Shown piece after piece: positions 58,433 to 64,000 of a stretch of DNA of 64,000 nucleotides (position 1 is the first letter of the stretch; every line of letters begins with the position of its first letter). The notes under the pieces were generated by a model that worked only from the letters and a program-made list of their open reading frames with translations, was not told the DNA's origin and searched no databases. The stretch lies in assembly GCA_003598055.1 (NCBI GenBank), contig QZKI01000062.1, positions 9,131-73,130 on the forward strand, given 5' to 3'. The position numbers and the translations under genes are program-made. This stretch comes from Candidatus Abyssobacteria bacterium SURF_17 (GTDB lineage Bacteria > Abyssobacteria > SURF-5).

Positions 58433-60004
58433 TCAATTGATTTCGCGCTGATGATCGCTTGAGCAATCCCCCCGTTCTCCCGCTTTTGCTTTTAAAGCGA
58501 GCGAACGGAGTTCGCACTTCGCCACTTTTCCATGATCGTTGAACGGGAGTCCGGGTAGAATCGAAACCTGGTGCGGCACCTTAAAATTCGGAAGACGTTC
58601 ATTACAGAAGCGCCTAATCGCGTTTTCAGTAATGAGTCCGGGTTTACGAGGGACCACAAAGGCGGCAATCGCCTCACCCCAGAGATCATCCGGCACCCCT
58701 GTTACGGCCGCGTGCAGCACATCTGGATGGCCCGCGATGACTTCTTCGATTTCCTGAGGACTGACCCGATTGCCCATACACTTAATGAAGTCCCGCGCGC
58801 GATCCACTATGTAAATAAAGCCATCTTTATCAACTCGAGCTAGGTCGCCTGTGTACAGCTTTCCATTGCGGAAAAAAGCGGCGGTTTCCTCGGGGTCATT
58901 CCAGTAGCCGGGGCTGATATTGGGTCCGGATCCGACTATTTCGCCTATTTCTTCCGAGCCGGGACGTACCGGTTCGCCTGTCTCTTGTATCACCTCGAGT
59001 TTAGTGGAGGGAAGACCTCGACCGATTGAGCCTTCCTTTAGTTCCAAGAGTTCAGGCGGCAGGTATGACAGGCGCGCGGTCGCTTCGGTTTGGCCGTACA
59101 TGACAAATATTTTCACGGCTGGCTGAGCGGCTCGCAACTCTCCCAAAATAGGGGCGGGAAGCTTTCCTCCTGCCTGCTGCAACCAGCGAAGCTTTGGAAA
59201 TCGGCGCGCGGCGAAGCGGGTTCTGCGAAGAAGAATTTGATAAGACGAGGGAACCCCGGCGAAGCCGGTACATTCTTTGTCCTCGAGTTCATCCAGGCTT
59301 TTTTCAGGGAACATGAAGGTACTGGCGAGAACGACGGAGGCGCCAGCCCAAAGATGTGTATGCAGCGAAGACAGGCCGAAGCAATAAGAGAAGGGCAAAA
59401 CGGCCAATACCCGGTCTTCCCGTGTAAGTTCCATATACGTGACAATGTCTTTGGTGTTTGCTTCAATGTTGCGGTGGGTTACCATCACTCCTTTTGGCCG
59501 CCCGGTGGAACCAGAGGTAAACATGATCGCAGCCAAATCAGAATCCGGATTCAGATTGATACGGTCAAGAGCGGAAGTGTCTCTCGGCGTCCTTGGAAAG
59601 GGGTGACAAATCTCAGATTCTGGCCATGAATGGATTCCGGCTGCTTGGCACCAGTTGGCTGTTTTCTCCTTGTATTTGTCTTGTGCAAGGACATGCTTGA
59701 TTCCTGCGGATTGGATCAGCTCAAAAAAGACTCGCTTATCGGTACCAGGCGGGAAGGGGACCGAACAGAGACCGGCTCGAAGAGTTGCCAAATATCCGAG
59801 GACAAAAAAAGGGACATTATCGCTCCGAAGGCCGATACGGTCCCCTTTGTGGGTTCCCAATGCCAAGAGATCACACGCAAGGTCTTCTACTTTTTGGCGC
59901 AGTTCCCGATAGGTGAGAACCGAATCGCGATGTATGACGGCTGCCGAATCATCCGCTCCCCGGGCGAGGAGACCCACAGCCAAGTTAGCTGAAATATCGG
60001 ACAT
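58433..60004 (-). CDS. AMP-binding acyl-CoA synthetase / adenylate-forming ligase
   Basis: MFTSGSTGRPKGVMVTHRN. YGQTEA. C-terminal ...GKVAKCEL. 523 aa. Confidence 0.85.
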   Translation of the reverse strand: MSDISANLAVGLLARGADDSAAVIHRDSVLTYRELRQKVEDLACDLLALGTHKGDRIGLRSDNVPFFVLGYLATLRAGLCSVPFPPGTDKRVFFELIQSAGIKHVLAQDKYKEKTANWCQAAGIHSWPESEICHPFPRTPRDTSALDRINLNPDSDLAAIMFTSGSTGRPKGVMVTHRNIEANTKDIVTYMELTREDRVLAVLPFSYCFGLSSLHTHLWAGASVVLASTFMFPEKSLDELEDKECTGFAGVPSSYQILLRRTRFAARRFPKLRWLQQAGGKLPAPILGELRAAQPAVKIFVMYGQTEATARLSYLPPELLELKEGSIGRGLPSTKLEVIQETGEPVRPGSEEIGEIVGSGPNISPGYWNDPEETAAFFRNGKLYTGDLARVDKDGFIYIVDRARDFIKCMGNRVSPQEIEEVIAGHPDVLHAAVTGVPDDLWGEAIAAFVVPRKPGLITENAIRRFCNERLPNFKVPHQVSILPGLPFNDHGKVAKCELRSLALKAKAGERGDCSSDHQREIN

Positions 60005-60021
60005 GACTATTGCACCCCCGA

Positions 60022-60199
60022 ACCTGCTGCGGGATTATGCGATGAAGGCTGGGCTAGTGAATCAGTTCTCATTGGGTTGGCACAGCACCGCCCGGAATCG
60101 TTCTTGAGGTAAGTATCTCTGATTTTGTAGTTTCAAAAGAGTCACCGGCAAATTATATAAGACGGGACGAATGAAGTCAAGGATTTGCTATTGCATGGG
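60022..60199. repeat. direct repeat R2: duplicate of the MFS-SpdSyn promoter/leader placed immediately upstream of the acyl-CoA synthetase
   Basis: Includes a 21-codon remnant uORF (MRTDSLAQPSSHNPAAGSGVQ*, minus strand ~60072-60007) that ends 2 nt before the ligase ATG. Confidence 0.7.
60152..60180 (-). promoter_or_regulatory. duplicated TTGACT-17-TATAAT promoter (minus strand) upstream of the acyl-CoA synthetase
   Basis: Read on the minus strand: ttgacttcattcgtcccgtcttatataat. Confidence 0.45.
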
Positions 60200-60234
60200 T
60201 GTGCGACATTAAGAAGAGGGTAAATTCGTCCGGT

Positions 60235-60320
60235 AATTCTGTAGGTGCGAATTTATTCGCATACTGTTTTCAGTTTCCTTGCATGCATATCCAGTCGAAT
60301 GAATTCGACCCTACAGTTAC
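60235..60320. repeat. family-2 long inverted repeat, second copy
   Basis: tctgtaggtgcgaatttattcgcata ... agtcgaatgaattcgaccctacag. Shares arms with 2147-2229. Confidence 0.55.
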
Positions 60321-60362
60321 ACGTCTCCACTTGTGAATTACGAAACAGATTAGATACAGGTA

Positions 60363-61637
60363 TTATGTCCCCGGATGGGCGCCCTGTCCGGCGGGCATTT
60401 TGCCGATGCGCAGCACCTCGTAGACCGCCAGAGCGAACAGGATGAATGTGCCGCTGCACATAAGTGCAGCGCTGTGACGCGGGTCTGTGGCTGAAAAGAG
60501 GGCCCTTACCGGAAGTTCCGCTATGAGGACAATTGCCACTGCCGCAAGGATTCTGGAAAAAACGGCTGCATGCGATTTCGCGGCCTTATTGTTCCCTGAT
60601 GGCCTGAGGGCGATGAGAGCCATCGGCACGGTCAGAACGAAGTAGTGAAGCCAAACGAGTGTGGCAGAGAGCAGATATATCAGGCAGCCTATCGCGACCA
60701 TGAGCATATCTTCGAAATAGGGTTCTTCCGAGTCTTCGTTGAGCGTCGCGTCGGTGTTCGGCGTGTTGCCTCTGTGTCTCCCAAACCATAGTGACACGCC
60801 CGCCATGGCGAACAACACCAGAGTTATCGGTCCGGAAAGGCCGATTCCGATTTGCTCATAGAAGAGCATAGAAACGGAGTAGTTGTGATCCTCCACAGGA
60901 TAGAGGTAACCCGATACTTGCGGCAGAATCCTCAGCCAGTCCACCCAGCAGCGGACGGTTCCGAAAGCTGCGCTCGAAACGACAAAGGCGATAACAGCGG
61001 CGATTGCCATGCCGAGGGATACGTGTATGAGTTTCTTGAACCGTCGATTTGCAATCCAGAACGCGCAGAGCATGAGAACCACGTACGCGGTGTTCGGCTT
61101 CGCCATGGTTCCGAAACCGAGAACCAGCCCGCCCAGCAACTCGCGTCCACCGAGCTTTTGTTTGCTCTGCAGCCACACAAACAGGGTTAGCAGTCCGAGT
61201 TGGAGCTGGTTCACGTTGCCGACCCTCACGTCGGATAAGAGCGGCTGAAACCAGTCCATGAATACGACGGCTGCCGCCATTGCGGCTGCGGCGGAATAGC
61301 CGAGCAGTCTGCTCAAGCACAGAATGGCGAGCAAGCTCGAGGCAATGCACAATGCTCGAAAGACGGTCAGGTCTCGCACGTAATCGTCCGAGGAAAACCA
61401 ATGGAACAGCGAATACAGGAACGGTGTCGAAATGCGATATGCGAAATACTTGCCTTCGTAAATGTCCTTGGCGCTTGTGTGGGGAATTGCATGACCCGAC
61501 GTCCATTTTTCACGGAAGTCGATCCCGGCTGTTTGTCTTCCGTAGTCCCAAACCTTGATAATACAGAAGACAAGAAGCAAGAAAAGAAGGATTGTGGCAG
61601 CGTCCTGTGAGAGTCTATCGCGGATTCTTGGATTCAT
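60363..61637 (-). CDS. GT-C-fold membrane protein, DUF2029/GT87-like (polyprenyl-P-sugar-dependent glycosyltransferase candidate)
   Basis: 424 aa with ~10 predicted TM helices. Early loop DF...Y...Y and a mid-protein KP loop. Sits downstream in an operon with a GT2 polyprenyl-P-sugar synthase. Assignment by architecture only. Confidence 0.45.
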   Translation of the reverse strand: MNPRIRDRLSQDAATILLFLLLVFCIIKVWDYGRQTAGIDFREKWTSGHAIPHTSAKDIYEGKYFAYRISTPFLYSLFHWFSSDDYVRDLTVFRALCIASSLLAILCLSRLLGYSAAAAMAAAVVFMDWFQPLLSDVRVGNVNQLQLGLLTLFVWLQSKQKLGGRELLGGLVLGFGTMAKPNTAYVVLMLCAFWIANRRFKKLIHVSLGMAIAAVIAFVVSSAAFGTVRCWVDWLRILPQVSGYLYPVEDHNYSVSMLFYEQIGIGLSGPITLVLFAMAGVSLWFGRHRGNTPNTDATLNEDSEEPYFEDMLMVAIGCLIYLLSATLVWLHYFVLTVPMALIALRPSGNNKAAKSHAAVFSRILAAVAIVLIAELPVRALFSATDPRHSAALMCSGTFILFALAVYEVLRIGKMPAGQGAHPGT

Positions 61638-61695
61638 TGGGCAAAGGATGTATCACGGTCGCAGCATCGGTAGTCTTCGCCTGCCAGCCACTGCG

Positions 61696-62718
61696 TCAGC
61701 CTGCCTTCTCGTTATCAGGTAAACGCTCAGGCTCGCGCCGGAGCATCTCCTTGACTATATATTTCGGCAGGCGTCGAGAAGCTACGAACGACCGCACCGT
61801 AAATTCACCTATCATGCACAGGATCGTCACGATAACAAAGGCGGAGATAACAACAGCATTGAGAAGAAGACCGGTCGAGACGCCGGCCAGAATCTTGAAC
61901 GGCGTAAAATAGTCAATGACAACTCTCAGGCCGAAAAGTACCGCAAGCACAAAACTGACGAGCGCCAGGAGCTGAAATGGCCGTTCCGACATGCTGACGA
62001 TATTGTCCATGTTGTAATTCCAGAGTTTTCTGAATGTCCACCCCGATTTGCCGTATTTGCGCGGGCAATGCGTCACGGGCACTTCGCAGGATCGTCCGGC
62101 GCGGGAGATGACATCGGGGGTACTGAAAACGTGAAAGGGGCCGAAATCGAATGCACGCACGAGCTGTGCATTGAATATCTTGAACGTACATCCGAAATCG
62201 CGAAAGGTGCTCCGCGAAGCCTTCCGCATAATCATGTTGGCGATTTTCGAAGGAATAATCCTGAAAAGAGAATCCTTCCGGTTCTTTCTATACCCGCTTA
62301 CGACGTCATACCCTTTGTCGTACTCGCGGATGAGGAGCGGTATCTCCTCCGGCGCCAACTGCAGGTCGCTGTCCATATAGACCAGGGCGCTACCGCGTGC
62401 CTGGCAAATTCCGGCAGTGAGTGCGGCCGCCTGGCCTGAGTTTTTGAACAAATCTATGACGGCGGTCACCCGTGGGTTGCGCTGAAAAATATCCTTGAGC
62501 TTTTCGATAGTGTTGTCCGTGCTACCGTCATTCACCATAATGATTTCATAGGAGCGCCCGACAGATTCCATGGTGGCAGAGATGCGTGCGTGAAACTCCT
62601 CGATGCTGTGCTCTTCATAGTGACAGGTTACGAGTACGGAGAATTCGGGCATGGCCTTCTCTGAGTCAATGTGTTGTTGTGACGCCGTGTCTCGCATGCC
62701 GGCTTCTGGTTGAGTCAT
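61696..62718 (-). CDS. GT2 polyprenyl-phosphate sugar synthase (ArnC/GtrB-like) with two C-terminal TM helices
   Basis: FSVLVTCHYEE...IIMVNDGSTDNT...YMDSDLQ. Two C-terminal TM helices. Confidence 0.75.
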   Translation of the reverse strand: MTQPEAGMRDTASQQHIDSEKAMPEFSVLVTCHYEEHSIEEFHARISATMESVGRSYEIIMVNDGSTDNTIEKLKDIFQRNPRVTAVIDLFKNSGQAAALTAGICQARGSALVYMDSDLQLAPEEIPLLIREYDKGYDVVSGYRKNRKDSLFRIIPSKIANMIMRKASRSTFRDFGCTFKIFNAQLVRAFDFGPFHVFSTPDVISRAGRSCEVPVTHCPRKYGKSGWTFRKLWNYNMDNIVSMSERPFQLLALVSFVLAVLFGLRVVIDYFTPFKILAGVSTGLLLNAVVISAFVIVTILCMIGEFTVRSFVASRRLPKYIVKEMLRREPERLPDNEKAG

Positions 62719-63224
62719 CAGGATTTCTCAAGAATTTGGGGTCGCTTCCTGATAGGCCTTACCGGAGAGCCAACATAGATGGTCCATTTTTCCAGTTTTG
62801 TATCCGGAAGCACCAACGAGTTTGCGCCGACAACAGCGCCGTCCTCAAATACGGCCCCGGGCATTACCACGGAGTTTGCTCCTACGAAAGCGTGGACGCC
62901 CAGAATCACGGGGGCGCTGTAAGGGGCGCGGTTATCTAAAGGTGCAGCGGCGGACATGGCCGTAGGCAAGCCGTCATCGCTTTGGTAGCGGTCGGTCGAG
63001 GTATAAACCCGGGAACCAGAGGCAATTGCAGAATAATCACGCAGATAGGCAGGCTCAGCGCCGAGCAAGGTGCATCCTGCCGCTATATGAACATGATCCC
63101 CCAACCATATTGGAGTCGTTATCAAAACGAAATCATCCACAATACAATACCGACCGCAGTGCAGGATTTCTCCGACTATCTTCGTGTATTCAAAGGTCGT
63201 AAGCTCCGGTTTTCTGGGTATCAC
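62718..63224 (-). CDS. hexapeptide-repeat (LbH) acetyltransferase (PglD/WbpD-like sugar N-acetyltransferase candidate)
   Basis: LbH repeats GANSVVMPGAVFEDGAVVGANSLVLPDT. Its start overlaps the GT2 stop. Confidence 0.7.
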   Translation of the reverse strand: MIPRKPELTTFEYTKIVGEILHCGRYCIVDDFVLITTPIWLGDHVHIAAGCTLLGAEPAYLRDYSAIASGSRVYTSTDRYQSDDGLPTAMSAAAPLDNRAPYSAPVILGVHAFVGANSVVMPGAVFEDGAVVGANSLVLPDTKLEKWTIYVGSPVRPIRKRPQILEKS

Positions 63225-63306
63225 TTTGATGCTCCTCTTCCTGCGAGCAATCGCTGACTAACAGAAGATTTCATGTGCAAATCATTTCAAACAGAGTACG
63301 TGCCTA

Positions 63307-64000
63307 TCACAGATTGTGCGCAGATTCGCTAAGTTTCCTGACCACAGTACAAATGTCCTGCACTACTTCTTCATCAAGAGTTCCATATATCGGAAGACAG
63401 AGGATTTGTCGCGCGATGCGCTCGGCCACGGGTAGATTACTCGGAGCGGATGACGGGAGCGCAGAATAGCAAGGGAAATGACTACAGAGCGGATAGAAGT
63501 ACTTGCGAGTGAATATATTGAATTGCTTCAATACGTTGTGCAGTTCATCGCGGCTGAGCCCAAACTGTTCCTCATCAATAATGATGGGGAAATATGCGTA
63601 GTTAGAACGAATATCTCGAATGTCTTCAAGGAACGATATCCCCGCAATATCCCTGAGACCCTCGCGATAAATCCCCGCCAGTCGCCGCCGATTTTCTATC
63701 TCCTGTTCGATTGTCTCCAGCGCGAGTAACCCGAACGCCGCCTGAAGTTCATTCATTTTCCCGTTGATTCCCGGGCCGATGACGGTCTCCTCGTCGGCGA
63801 TGCCGAAGTTCTTCAAGTTATTAATCCGTTTCCGCTGAGCTTCTGACTGACATACAAGCGCGCCGCCCTCGCCCGTGGTAAAGAGCTTGGTCGCGTGGAA
63901 ACTCAGCATGGACAGGTCGCCATATTGCAGAATGGATTCTCCCTTATGCCGTACCCCAAAGGCGTGGGCCGCATCGTATATCACATGCAAACCGTGTCTG
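63307..64000 (-). CDS. DegT/DnrJ/EryC1/StrS-family sugar aminotransferase (3' part; N-terminus beyond window end)
   Basis: C-terminal domain motifs ...FHATKLFTTGEGGAL...LPVAERIARQILCLPIYGTLDEE. The ORF continues past base 64000. Confidence 0.8.
   Translation of the reverse strand, partial: RHGLHVIYDAAHAFGVRHKGESILQYGDLSMLSFHATKLFTTGEGGALVCQSEAQRKRINNLKNFGIADEETVIGPGINGKMNELQAAFGLLALETIEQEIENRRRLAGIYREGLRDIAGISFLEDIRDIRSNYAYFPIIIDEEQFGLSRDELHNVLKQFNIFTRKYFYPLCSHFPCYSALPSSAPSNLPVAERIARQILCLPIYGTLDEEVVQDICTVVRKLSESAHNL

Overview
High-GC (~58%) bacterial chromosomal window, dense with genes and rich in intergenic repeats. A DUF1559 'H-X9-DG' prepilin-type protein hints at the PVC superphylum or a related candidate phylum (inference).

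Layout, left to right:
(i) 1-7280: TetR-led fatty-acid beta-oxidation-like cluster (acyl-CoA dehydrogenase, ferredoxin-nitroreductase fusion, thiolase, acyl-CoA synthetase, enoyl-CoA hydratase).
(ii) 7346-11481: orphan 7TM-PAS-HisKA_3 sensor kinase with a non-canonical H-box, plus a ~600-aa acyl-CoA dehydrogenase.
(iii) 11670-44089: a ~32 kb glycan / glycoconjugate biosynthesis island. It holds four GT-C-fold membrane glycosyltransferases (YfhO-like, GT39/ArnT-like, a TMTC-like GT-C with C-terminal TPRs, and a TPR-less paralog), two Dpm1/ArnC-like GT2 polyprenyl-phosphate-sugar synthases, seven GT4-like genes (three of them a tandem triplication carrying a shared uncharacterised C-terminal domain), a WecC-like dehydrogenase, a DegT aminotransferase, a FemAB-like protein, a hexapeptide acetyltransferase, a radical-SAM/SPASM enzyme, five SAM methyltransferases, a Cys1-less AsnB-like protein and a Wzx flippase. 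No initiating phosphoglycosyltransferase, Wzy or ligase is recognisable.
(iv) 44658-55219: IHF/HU, ThiE, a MacAB-like efflux set, small membrane proteins, a DUF1559 pseudopilin-like protein, an SDR and an ornithine-cyclodeaminase-like gene.
(v) 55658-64000: a fused MFS-spermidine-synthase gene and an acyl-CoA synthetase that share a duplicated promoter/leader, followed by an Arn-like module (DegT, acetyltransferase, GT2, GT87/DUF2029 GT-C).

Several dispersed structured repeat families occupy the intergenic regions. No rRNA, tRNA or CRISPR array was found.
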